DNA of 64,000 nt, taken from assembly GCA_016715825.1 (NCBI GenBank), contig JADJXO010000007.1, positions 24,421 to 88,420 on the forward strand. Reading direction: 5' to 3'. The DNA is from Nitrospira sp. (GTDB lineage: Bacteria > Nitrospirota > Nitrospiria > Nitrospirales > Nitrospiraceae). The stretch's first letter is position 1, and every line of letters begins with the position of its first letter. Below are positions 23,200 through 31,542 of the stretch, piece by piece. Made by a program: the position numbers and the translations under genes. The notes beneath the pieces are model-generated. The model searched no databases. It was not told the DNA's origin and saw nothing but the letters and a program-made list of their open reading frames with translations.

Positions 23200-24075
23200 A
23201 TGCCGGACCAGTGGATCGATGTCTGTATCCAGGAAAAGCTGGATGCAGGGGAGTTATTGAGTCGGTTGAATGATGCGGCAGTGCAAGGCGCATGGGAAGA
23301 TCATGGCGTGATCCATCTGTATTGGCCGGAGGCTCAGTGGAGCGAGGCACGGCTTGTCTCATTGCGGCTGGCCCTCGCCGACCTGGCGCCGTCGCTTGGG
23401 GAGGTTCCTGTGTCGGTGAACCAGGTTCCCTCCCAGGATTGGAACGAAGTCTGGGCTCGTTCCGTGCAGCCCCTCTGGATCGGAAAACTGGTCGTTCGAC
23501 CCAGTTGGGAGTGGGTCACGCTGGACGCGAACGACATCGAGATCGTGCTGGATCCGAAACAAGCCTTCGGCACCGGTCATCATGCGACGACGCGCATGGT
23601 GCTCATGTGGTTGCAGCAAGACATCCGCGGTGGAGAAAGGGTGCTGGATGTCGGTGCCGGTAGCGCCATCTTGGCCATGGCTGCGGTAAAGCTTGGTGCG
23701 GCGTCCGCTGTCGGTGTTGAGATTGATCCTGTCGCGGTCGATTGTGCGAGAGAGTATGTCGCCCAGAATGGATTGAACGATCAGATCGACATCCTGTGCG
23801 GGACGTTGGCTGATTTGCCACTGGAAAGGCAACCAGTCGCCGATCTCGTGTTGGCTAATCTCGATCGACAGACGGTCTTGAATCTTGCCGACGACTTGGC
23901 CGGGTTGGTGATGCAGGGGGCGAAACTCGTGGTCTCCGGCATTCTCGTTGAACAGCAGGTTGAAATCATCGATCACTTGTCCGGTCTTGGCCTGGTGTGC
24001 ACGGAGCGGTGTGAGGAAGAGGGGTGGGTAGCCATGAAATTTTTGAAGCCAGACCCGTGTGACGGAGAGGGCTAA
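23200..24075 (+). CDS. prmA: Ribosomal protein L11 methyltransferase
   Basis: QDWNEVW, VVRPSWE, LDPKQAFGTGHHATT, VLDVGAGSAILA, VSGIL. Confidence 0.94.
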   Translation: MPDQWIDVCIQEKLDAGELLSRLNDAAVQGAWEDHGVIHLYWPEAQWSEARLVSLRLALADLAPSLGEVPVSVNQVPSQDWNEVWARSVQPLWIGKLVVRPSWEWVTLDANDIEIVLDPKQAFGTGHHATTRMVLMWLQQDIRGGERVLDVGAGSAILAMAAVKLGAASAVGVEIDPVAVDCAREYVAQNGLNDQIDILCGTLADLPLERQPVADLVLANLDRQTVLNLADDLAGLVMQGAKLVVSGILVEQQVEIIDHLSGLGLVCTERCEEEGWVAMKFLKPDPCDGEG

Positions 24076-24077
24076 CG

Positions 24078-24560
24078 ATGCCGAGCAGGCCGCCCTATCC
24101 CCATGTGCATCAGATCAACGTATCCGACGGGGGAGTTCCGAAACTCCCCGTCTGGGAAGCCACGCTCAGTAAAGAGGGGCTGGCTGGCGATCGGCAGCGC
24201 AACCTCAAGTTCCACGGTGGATCGGATCGTGCCGTCTGTTTGTATTCGCTCGAGCTCATTGAACGACTTCAAGATGAAGGCCACTCGATCGAAGCCGGGT
24301 CATCCGGGGAGAATCTGACTTTGTCGGGATTGGAGTGGGATTTGGTGAAACCCGGCATTCGATTGACGGTTGGACCTGATGTCGAACTTGAGGTCACCAG
24401 CTATACGACTCCCTGCAGCCACAATGGCCGCTGGTTTCGTGATGAGGACTTCTCGCGCATTGCGCAGAAGCTCAATCCCGGCTGGAGTCGTGTCTATGCC
24501 AAGGTGCTGCACGGGGGTGTCGTAAGGCCGGGAGACGTGGTGGAGATAGAGAGCGAATAG
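24078..24560 (+). CDS. MOSC domain protein (YiiM-like)
   Basis: GLAGDRQ, HGGSDRAVC, GENL, EVTSYTTPC, YAKVLHGGVVRPGD. Confidence 0.9.
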   Translation: MPSRPPYPHVHQINVSDGGVPKLPVWEATLSKEGLAGDRQRNLKFHGGSDRAVCLYSLELIERLQDEGHSIEAGSSGENLTLSGLEWDLVKPGIRLTVGPDVELEVTSYTTPCSHNGRWFRDEDFSRIAQKLNPGWSRVYAKVLHGGVVRPGDVVEIESE

Positions 24561-24656
24561 CCGATGGCATATCGCGTATGGCAAGAAGCACAACCTTTCT
24601 CATGCCTCTTTACTTGTGACATCAGCTATTGGCCATAGGCTCTTGGAGTTAATCTG

Positions 24657-25316
24657 ATGGAACGCAAACTTGAACCAGAACTCATGGACGATCCTAAGCA
24701 GGTTGAAGCCTATGGCAAAGCTGATTTCGAAGAAGAAAATCAGGGATTCGTTGAACGGTTTCGGGAATACTTCCCGGAGTTTGCACAGGGGATGGTTCTG
24801 GATCTTGGGTGTGGTCCGGGTGATATCCCCATCCGGTTCGCCAAGCTGTATCCCGATTGCCGAGTCATCGGGATCGACGCTTCTGCGCCGATGATTCAGC
24901 TCGGAGAACAGGCGGTGCAGCAGGCCGGTTTGACGGATCGCATTACGCTGCGCTGCGAACGGTTTGAAGAGATTGCCGGTGCCAGAATCGTCGATGCCGC
25001 GATCTCGAACAGCCTGCTTCATCATCTGCCGAATCCGTTGCAGCTCTGGCAGAAGCTTCGCCAGCTTGTGAAGCCCGGGGCACCGGTGTTGGTGATGGAC
25101 CTGCTCCGGCCAGACTCGCCGGAAGCGGCACAGGCCATCGTCGATCAATATGCCTCCAATGAACCGGACATTCTGCGCCGGGATTTTTACAATTCCTTGC
25201 TCGCAGCTTTTACTGAAGATGAAATCGGTACGCAGCTAGCTCGCATGAATCTCACCAGGTTGTTGATCGACATCCCCGATGACCGGCATTGGGTGGTTGG
25301 GGGAATCATTTATTGA
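24657..25316 (+). CDS. Class I SAM-dependent methyltransferase
   Basis: RKLEPELMDD, VLDLGCGPGD, GIDASAPM, SNSLLHHL, DFYNSLLAAF. Confidence 0.9.
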   Translation: MERKLEPELMDDPKQVEAYGKADFEEENQGFVERFREYFPEFAQGMVLDLGCGPGDIPIRFAKLYPDCRVIGIDASAPMIQLGEQAVQQAGLTDRITLRCERFEEIAGARIVDAAISNSLLHHLPNPLQLWQKLRQLVKPGAPVLVMDLLRPDSPEAAQAIVDQYASNEPDILRRDFYNSLLAAFTEDEIGTQLARMNLTRLLIDIPDDRHWVVGGIIY

Positions 25317-25323
25317 GGGGTAT

Positions 25324-25677
25324 ATGCGAGAAGATTCATGGATCATCTTGAGAGGACGATTGCGTGATTGCTGGACTTTGGTGGGTAGCTTTATCTTTAT
25401 CGCAGTCATTTCTGCCGGGTGCGGTGAACGAGAAAACTTCCTAGAAATAGAGATGCCGACGGATCTTCGAAGTATTGAACCGGCATCATCTTCAACTGGG
25501 TCGACAAGTACTGGGGTTGAGCCAGGAAAGGTGATCGCGACTCTGAAAGCAGGCGAGACGGCCCATGTCGTCGCTGTCTACCACGGTGAGAATTTTGATG
25601 GCTTCAAAGTCAAGCTTGCCGACGGTACTGAGGGACTTATTCTTGCCGGGGACACCTTCAAGGTCGTAACTCGGTGA
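25324..25677 (+). CDS. Small lipoprotein with SH3-like C-terminal domain
   Basis: Lipobox ISAGC after a hydrophobic stretch; VIATLKAGETAHVV...FKVKLADGTEGLI is SH3b-like. Confidence 0.62.
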   Translation: MREDSWIILRGRLRDCWTLVGSFIFIAVISAGCGERENFLEIEMPTDLRSIEPASSSTGSTSTGVEPGKVIATLKAGETAHVVAVYHGENFDGFKVKLADGTEGLILAGDTFKVVTR

Positions 25678-25810
25678 GTCCTGGCTAAAACAACTCCCAA
25701 CCCTGCTTGTCACACACAGAAGCATCACGTGCCAACTTGCTGCCTGATAACGAAAGGTATACCGGGCATTGTGCTCAGTAGGTAGCTCTTATCCGGGTCA
25801 GGAAACATAG

Positions 25811-26662
25811 ATGGTCAGACGCGAGATGAATGCAGACGGCGTTCCGATCGTCATCCAACAGGACCTCTCTCCCACCGTATATCTTGACCACTGGGCTTTG
25901 CGGAAGTTTTCACAAGACTCTGTGCTGGCAAAGCGGTTTACACGCACGTTGGAAGGACGCGGAGGTACGCTTGCGCTCTCTTGGCTGAACCTGGCTGAGT
26001 TCTCAAAGGTCACTGACCAAGACCAAGGAAAGATGGCGGAAGAATTTTGTGCAGCTAATTTCCCGAGAATCTTTTTTCTCGACTCGGACCCGTTCTCAGT
26101 AATCCAACGGGAGGATGAAATATTGTCTGGCCGTATTAGGGTGCCTGTCCCACCACACGCTGATGCTGGATTTCTTAGCGCGTTCGACCAACTGAATTCG
26201 GACACGCTTACTGATTTCACGATGCGCAAACTCTTCCGAAGAGTTCAGAGCAATCGTCTGCACTCTGATTTTGACAAACTAGCCGACACCGTGGCCCAGC
26301 GCATTGAGGCGCTAAGGAATAAGCATAATCAGAGACGAGAGCTGCGCTCTGCAGTAGCGCGGTTGCCAGCGGGCCTTAAGATTCAACGGGGGACTCGATA
26401 CGTTCTCCGGGAGTTGGCGCGAACGCTTCTCCTTGATAAGGGCGTGAAGGTGTCGAGGAATCATGCGATTGACTTCATGCATGCTGTTGTCCCGCTTTCG
26501 TATTGTGAGTACGTGCTCTTAGACAAGCACTGGGAGACCCAGGTTGAAAAGGTTCGCTCACGCCTTAGCAAAATGGCTTTCAATGTGTCGCTCGCACGGG
26601 CCTATTCAGAGAAGCCTGAAAGAATCGAGAAATTCTTTTCTGATCTGGAGAGTAGGAGCTAA
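25811..26662 (+). CDS. Hypothetical protein with PIN-like acidic motif arrangement
   Basis: 283-aa ORF: VYLDHW (beta1 Asp), LSWLNLAE (Glu), NHAIDFMHAV (Asp), YVLLDKHW (Asp). Confidence 0.62.
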   Translation: MVRREMNADGVPIVIQQDLSPTVYLDHWALRKFSQDSVLAKRFTRTLEGRGGTLALSWLNLAEFSKVTDQDQGKMAEEFCAANFPRIFFLDSDPFSVIQREDEILSGRIRVPVPPHADAGFLSAFDQLNSDTLTDFTMRKLFRRVQSNRLHSDFDKLADTVAQRIEALRNKHNQRRELRSAVARLPAGLKIQRGTRYVLRELARTLLLDKGVKVSRNHAIDFMHAVVPLSYCEYVLLDKHWETQVEKVRSRLSKMAFNVSLARAYSEKPERIEKFFSDLESRS

Positions 26663-26844
26663 AACTGCAGTCGACATGATCAACGAAGATGAAGCTAGGA
26701 GTTCGTCTTGCTCCGTGCATACTCGCGTGCGGACATATCTGGCGTCACATTGTGTTCTGTACAAACACGATCTTAGGGATGGTGCCTGCACAGATCGCCG
26801 CGCGTCGACTTTCTAGGCGACCTAATCACGACCATTGCTCGTTG

Positions 26845-27050
26845 TTACTGCAGCGCATCCGGTGGAGCTTTGAGGAGCTTGGCGAAGCGGTTCTTATCGA
26901 TAGACTTCTCGTACGCCTCTTCCGGTGAAATCCATTTCTTCGTGAGGAGATCCTGAATCGCGTCATCCAAGGTCTGCATGGCTGAGGCGATCGGAAGCGT
27001 TTTGGCGTTCCGGATAAGATTGCTGACGGCTGGGGTGCAGACCAAGATCT
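26845..27050 (-). repeat. Distal orphan copy of the pilT 3' end (206 bp, with an internal 24-nt deletion)
   Basis: Aligns to pilT 29564-29793; translates ILVCTPAVSNLIRNAKTLPIASAMQT/LDDAIQDLL...PPDALQ*; GKNVGMQT lost between two CATGCAGACC repeats. Confidence 0.95.
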
Positions 27051-27106
27051 TTAGCTCTCTCACGGGCGTTTCATCATTCTATTCCCGTATTGCCTGATAA
27101 TTGGCA

Positions 27107-27141
27107 TTGCCGATGGTGTCTCGGTTATGTACACTGTACAT
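27107..27141 (+). promoter_or_regulatory. brnTA promoter with overlapping palindromic operator
   Basis: TTGCCG(27107-12)-N17-TACACT(27130-35) with extended -10 TG; perfect inverted repeat ATGTACA-C-TGTACAT (27127-27141) covers the -10. Confidence 0.75.
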
Positions 27142-27426
27142 ATGCATGAGTTGCGCTTCGAATGGGATGAAGCAAAGAATCGCAGCAATATAAAAAAGCA
27201 CGGCGTCTCATTCGAAGAAGCGCAGACGGTATTTCTCGATGATCATGCGATCAGATTCTACGATCCCGATCACTCCGGCGACGAAGATCGCTTTCTCATG
27301 CTGGGTATCAGCTTCAGAATGCGGGTACTGGTTGTCTGCCATTGCTACAGGGAAAGTGATCGAGTTATCCGGATCATCTCGGCACGGAAAGCCACCCGAA
27401 GTGAAACCAGAATCTATAAGAGGTGA
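27142..27426 (+). CDS. brnT: BrnT family type II toxin (RelE-like ribonuclease)
   Basis: FEWDEAKNRSNIKKHGVSFEEAQTVF...EDRFLMLG...VIRIISARKAT. Confidence 0.94.
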   Translation: MHELRFEWDEAKNRSNIKKHGVSFEEAQTVFLDDHAIRFYDPDHSGDEDRFLMLGISFRMRVLVVCHCYRESDRVIRIISARKATRSETRIYKR

Positions 27427-27429
27427 TAG

Positions 27430-27648
27430 ATGAGAGAACAATATGACTTTTCGAAGATGAAGGGTGTTCGGAATCCCTACCGGAAATTGCTCAAGAAGCC
27501 CATCACGATTAGATTGGACGGCACAACAATATCTTATTTTAAAGGACTGGCCGATGAGCTTGGCATGCCGTATCAGCATCTTATCAATCTGTACCTGAGG
27601 GATTGTGCCCTCAACCAGAAAAAGCTGGAGCTCAAGTGGGCATCCTGA
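27430..27648 (+). CDS. brnA: BrnA family antitoxin (ribbon-helix-helix)
   Basis: MREQYDFSK...NPY...KKPITIRLD...YFKGLA...MPYQHLINLYLRDC; 3 nt after brnT. Confidence 0.9.
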   Translation: MREQYDFSKMKGVRNPYRKLLKKPITIRLDGTTISYFKGLADELGMPYQHLINLYLRDCALNQKKLELKWAS

Positions 27649-27820
27649 TGTTTTTGCGAGGTCAGGCCATTGTTTCATTGTCTCTTGTGGCGCCCCATCA
27701 ACCTCGAAAGGCAAAGAAGGTTTATCTCTTGTTCAGTTAGGCACTACGCTAACTGGGAGGCCATAAGGGACTAGTTGTAAGTGAATCGCGTATCGTTCTC
27801 TATGACGACGTGAATCGAAG

Positions 27821-27968
27821 CTACTGCAGCGCATCCGGTGGAGTTTTGAGGAGCTTAGCGAATCGGTTCTTGTCGATGGACTTCTCGTACGCTTCTTCCG
27901 GCGCAATCCATTTCTTCGTGAGGAGATCTTGAATTGCGTCATCCAAAGTCTGCCTGCCGACGTTCTTC
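27821..27968 (-). repeat. Proximal orphan copy of the pilT 3' end (148 bp)
   Basis: Translates KNVGRQTLDDAIQDLLTKKWIAPEEAYEKSIDKNRFAKLLKTPPDALQ*; 16 substitutions vs pilT by hand alignment, 13 synonymous. Confidence 0.95.
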
Positions 27969-28049
27969 TTAAGCCTATGGGGGTCGGTATCTTGAGCTTG
28001 TGATTTGATCTCCATACGGGTTTGCTGCCCGTTCAGATCGCCACGTGCC

Positions 28050-29099
28050 TCAAGGGCAAGTTACCGGTTGTTGGATAGTAGTCCAAGAACCATTGGTCTC
28101 CTGTCGCTGAAGCCTGCAAACAGGCGCTGGTGGTGGAGTAGTCGAAATCGTGCCAACCGCGATTCGGTCCCAATGGAAGCGGACGGTCTGGTCCCCTGGC
28201 AATGTGCCCGCCACGACTCCCGCAAAATATGTGTAGATGGGACGGTTTGTCAGGGCGCTTGGTAGAGCCGGGAGGCCGGTCTGTGCAAAGTAGCGATAGC
28301 CGTTCACATAGAGTTCGAGAGAGGTAGGCGTAAGCTCAAGCCGAAATCGATCACGGCAATTCACATCAGGGTCGGAACCATTACAGACGCGAAACTTCGT
28401 GGCCCCCTCTCCCCAGGGTCCTCCGCCCTCCGAAACCTGCCCGACTTTTTGGAAGAAGGACATCTCCCAAATTCGGCCTCCCTGATTAATTCCACGAGCA
28501 CTATTGTCGAAAAGTGAACAGACGATAATCCGATCCGTCTGGAGCCGGCATCCGAGGGTATAGTGACCGGGGAAGTGATCATATGCGTATAGTGCATCGG
28601 CTCGTTCTCCCGTCGGATTCTGGGCCGTCGTAATGACGATCTCGCCCCAAATCCCGTTCCCGTAGCTCTGTACTCCGGCCGCAAAATCAGTTTCGATGAT
28701 CAATTTGTCGTTATCGAACTGGAAGGCGCGTTCGGGCCGCAGCACGGTTCCCCCTTTTCGATCAGCCGCGACATCTTGCATCCAATGGTCGTTATGGCGG
28801 AAATGCGCAAAACGTGTGGTAGCGCCTAATTGGAATTCTCGGTAGCCATTTCCCATGGGTGCATTGGACAAACCATGTTGAAAATCATCCGTCCAGGCAT
28901 TCCCTCCTTGATGAAAGGTAGCGGAACCGGTGGCACCCTCAGGCAGACACCAGATAGGGACAGCCGGAGGCAACGCGCCAATTGGTGTTCCACGCGAGGT
29001 GCACCGGGCGTCTTGTGCCCAGGAGGCCAGAGGTAGGCTTATCACCAAGCTGGCTGACACAACGATGAGGAACAACCGTGACACATGATGTCGGGACAT
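28050..29099 (-). CDS. Secreted protein with probable concanavalin A/LamG-like beta-sandwich, 8 Cys
   Basis: Start at ATG 29099 after GGAG; signal peptide MSRHHVSRLFLIVVSASLVISLPLASWA; RFRLELTPTSLELYVNG and VRFHWDRIAV resemble LamG/GH16 end strands. Confidence 0.68.
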   Translation of the reverse strand: MSRHHVSRLFLIVVSASLVISLPLASWAQDARCTSRGTPIGALPPAVPIWCLPEGATGSATFHQGGNAWTDDFQHGLSNAPMGNGYREFQLGATTRFAHFRHNDHWMQDVAADRKGGTVLRPERAFQFDNDKLIIETDFAAGVQSYGNGIWGEIVITTAQNPTGERADALYAYDHFPGHYTLGCRLQTDRIIVCSLFDNSARGINQGGRIWEMSFFQKVGQVSEGGGPWGEGATKFRVCNGSDPDVNCRDRFRLELTPTSLELYVNGYRYFAQTGLPALPSALTNRPIYTYFAGVVAGTLPGDQTVRFHWDRIAVGTISTTPPPAPVCRLQRQETNGSWTTIQQPVTCP

Positions 29100-29563
29100 G
29101 ATGGAACTCCTTTCGATGCTGGATACCGTCGTGCGCAAAAGTATGAACTCGTGTATAAGGCGTGCTTGGTCAACTTGGACATATCGGTAGCCCCTAAGAG
29201 ATGCATGTCCCATTCCACAGACGGACCGTAAAGGATTGTACAAACCTAAGGGAGTCAACCGGTTCTGTGGAGTGATTATGATGCGTGCGTGACCATTGTG
29301 TAATGGTTGTAGGGATAAGCCTTCATTTCACCGTCGGATGATACGTAACAGGCAGTGGCTAGGGTGAAACATTGGTCTGTGTACATGGCAAACTGCGAGG
29401 CTGACCTCATGCTTGTTGAGTGATGATGTTCTGGGAGGCAGAATTCTTGGGTGAGCAGGAGAGCGGCGTCGTTGTTGTGTACCGCGCTATGAATAAGAAG
29501 GCGTACACCAAAAGAGTGGTGCAGTCGAAAGTCTGGGCTTGATATGCAGTGGCCCATCCATGA

Positions 29564-30643
29564 CTATTGCAGCGCATCCGGCGGGGTTTTGAGGAGCTTG
29601 GCGAAGCGGTTCTTGTCGATGGCCTTCTCGTAGGCCTCTTCCGGCGAGATCCATTTCTTGGTGAGCAGATCCTGAATTGCATCATCCAAGGTCTGCATGC
29701 CGACGTTCTTCCCGGTCTGCATGGCTGAGGCGATCTGAAACGTTTTGGCGTCCCGGATGAGATTACTGACGGCCGGGGTGCAGACCAAGATCTCCAGCGC
29801 TGCACACCGTCCCTTCTGATCAATTCGCTTAAAGAGGTTCTGCGCGACGATGACGCGCAGCGCCGTAGAGAGCGTGTTGCGAATCTGCGGTTGCTCCGAG
29901 GACGGGAAGACTTCGATGATGCGGTCGACCGTCTTCGCGGCATTTTCCGTGTGCAGCGTGCCGAACACCAAATGCCCGGTTGCCGCTGCTTCCACCGCCA
30001 GCGCAATGGTCTCGAGATCTCGCATCTCGCCGACGAGGATAATATCCGGATCTTCTCGGAGGGCGCCCCGCAGAGCTGAGCCGAAGGTGACGGTGTGGAG
30101 GCCGATTTCTCGGTGGTTGACGATGCAGCTCTTGCTTTGATGGACGAACTCGATCGGATCTTCGATGGTCAGAATATGATCTTTCCGATTGCGGTTGGCA
30201 TAGTCGACCATCGCCGCCAAGGTGGTGGATTTACCGCTCCCGGTCGGCCCCGTCACGAGCACCAGCCCTTTCCGTAGCATGGCCGCGCGTGTCAGTACGG
30301 GGGGGAGGCCCAGCTCTTCGGCAGAGACGATGGTGGTGGGAATCTTCCGAAACACTGCGCCAATGCCGTGCTTGTGGTTGAAAAAGTTTGATCGGAACCG
30401 GGCAACGCCGGCAATTTCATAGCCAAAGTCCACGTCACCGGTCGCTTCAAAGACTTCCTTCTTGGAACTCGGCGCGATCTCGTAGAGCATCTCATGAAGG
30501 GCCTGGTTCTCGAGCATGACGGTTCCCGGCAGACGTTCCAATTCACCGTTGATCCGAAAGCCTGGAACTTGGCCGGCAATCAGATGAAGATCCGAAGCCT
30601 TGTGTTCAAGCATCATACGGAACAATTCATCGATTTTTGGCAT
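29564..30643 (-). CDS. pilT: Type IV pilus retraction ATPase
   Basis: ASDLHL, Walker A GPTGSGKST, TIEDPIE, ALREDPDIILVGEMRD, GHLVFGTLH, AIRNLIRE-like AVSNLIRD, GMQTLD. Confidence 0.96.
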   Translation of the reverse strand: MPKIDELFRMMLEHKASDLHLIAGQVPGFRINGELERLPGTVMLENQALHEMLYEIAPSSKKEVFEATGDVDFGYEIAGVARFRSNFFNHKHGIGAVFRKIPTTIVSAEELGLPPVLTRAAMLRKGLVLVTGPTGSGKSTTLAAMVDYANRNRKDHILTIEDPIEFVHQSKSCIVNHREIGLHTVTFGSALRGALREDPDIILVGEMRDLETIALAVEAAATGHLVFGTLHTENAAKTVDRIIEVFPSSEQPQIRNTLSTALRVIVAQNLFKRIDQKGRCAALEILVCTPAVSNLIRDAKTFQIASAMQTGKNVGMQTLDDAIQDLLTKKWISPEEAYEKAIDKNRFAKLLKTPPDALQ

Positions 30644-30798
30644 GGGGCGTCAGTCTCCTTGTGAGTTGCACCTCCACTATACGGGTTTTTTGTATAGCGA
30701 CAAGCAAAACTCGGTTCGCGCACGACTGATCATAAGCCCGCCCAGAAGGGCGGCCAGCCTCTTGTGCGAACCCAGCCGATTCGATTACTGTCACCCTC

Positions 30799-31509
30799 AT
30801 GGAAGGCCAAACCAACGAACCGACAACCTCGGATGAGACGTCCGACAAGATCGTCATCTATTGGGAGCGGGAATACTCGACCGCCTTTCCGCCGGAGCGG
30901 CTGAAGCTGGACTTTCACCCCCATCGGCCGATGTTGAGCAACATGACGTTGGATGAGCAGCGGGCGCTTGCCGCCGGCGGCTACAAGGTGTTGCCGGATG
31001 ACTGTGGGCCGGTGCGAACGGTGGGCAACTATGGCTGGCTCATCCGCTGTCCGGCGGACGTGAAATTGCGCCGCACCGCCGAGGGTGTTCGGTGGCAATC
31101 GCCTCAGATCCTGCCGGAAGAGCGACTCCTCGGGTACAAGACCTTTTCCGGCATGTATGTCGATGTGATTCTGAACAGCGGCTACCCAAAACTCTGTTGC
31201 GGAGTTCGTCTCTATTATCCGAAGCATGTCGGCTTGATGATGAAGGATATGCCCAATCACTTTTATCACTACCCGGAACGGACCTTCACCGTGTGGGAAG
31301 GGATCAAGACGCAGGAGTACAAGCGCACCCCGAATCAGTATGCGTGGTTGCCGGACTACGAAGCCTTCACCGCCAACTTTCTCCTGCAGCTTCACAAGCC
31401 CACCTCGATCAAGCGTGGTGATCCGATCGGGATCATCTTGCCCGTTCTCTTGCCAAGACAGTTTGTGCTGGAGGAAATTCAGCACCCGCCTGCTTCGGGA
31501 TCTGAGTGA
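30799..31509 (+). CDS. Hypothetical protein (DUF6065/dUTPase-like pattern)
   Basis: 236-aa ORF divergent from pilT; YGWLIRCPADV and IKRGDPIGIILP resemble DUF6065-type proteins. Confidence 0.6.
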   Translation: MEGQTNEPTTSDETSDKIVIYWEREYSTAFPPERLKLDFHPHRPMLSNMTLDEQRALAAGGYKVLPDDCGPVRTVGNYGWLIRCPADVKLRRTAEGVRWQSPQILPEERLLGYKTFSGMYVDVILNSGYPKLCCGVRLYYPKHVGLMMKDMPNHFYHYPERTFTVWEGIKTQEYKRTPNQYAWLPDYEAFTANFLLQLHKPTSIKRGDPIGIILPVLLPRQFVLEEIQHPPASGSE

Positions 31510-31542
31510 GTGTGTCGGGGGCAGTTAAGGTGTGATCGCGCA

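Noticed and set aside
25739-27109. Shared 10-mer TGCCTGATAA upstream of the PIN-like gene and of brnT
   Set aside because: Only two copies, flanks do not extend; chance cannot be excluded.
27734-27755. Hairpin CAGTTAG-N8-CTAACTG containing GTTAGGC, suggesting an integron attC site after brnA
   Set aside because: Too short, boxes in the wrong order, no matching L boxes, no similar site after other cargo genes and no intI in the window.
26845-28015. ORFs 26845-27063 and 27821-28015 as genes
   Set aside because: They are orphan pilT ends with chance upstream starts and no SD; treated as repeats.
29308-29325. TAGG-N6-CCTT sites at 29308 and 32831 (and TAGG-N6-CCGC at 7832) as extra operators
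   Set aside because: An 8-bp core with one mismatch is expected roughly two dozen times in 64 kb by chance; flanks do not match.
26845-29793. pilT 3' copies as silent cassettes for antigenic variation or a shufflon
   Set aside because: Differences are mostly synonymous, PilT is cytoplasmic, copies are direct not inverted, and no invertase is present.
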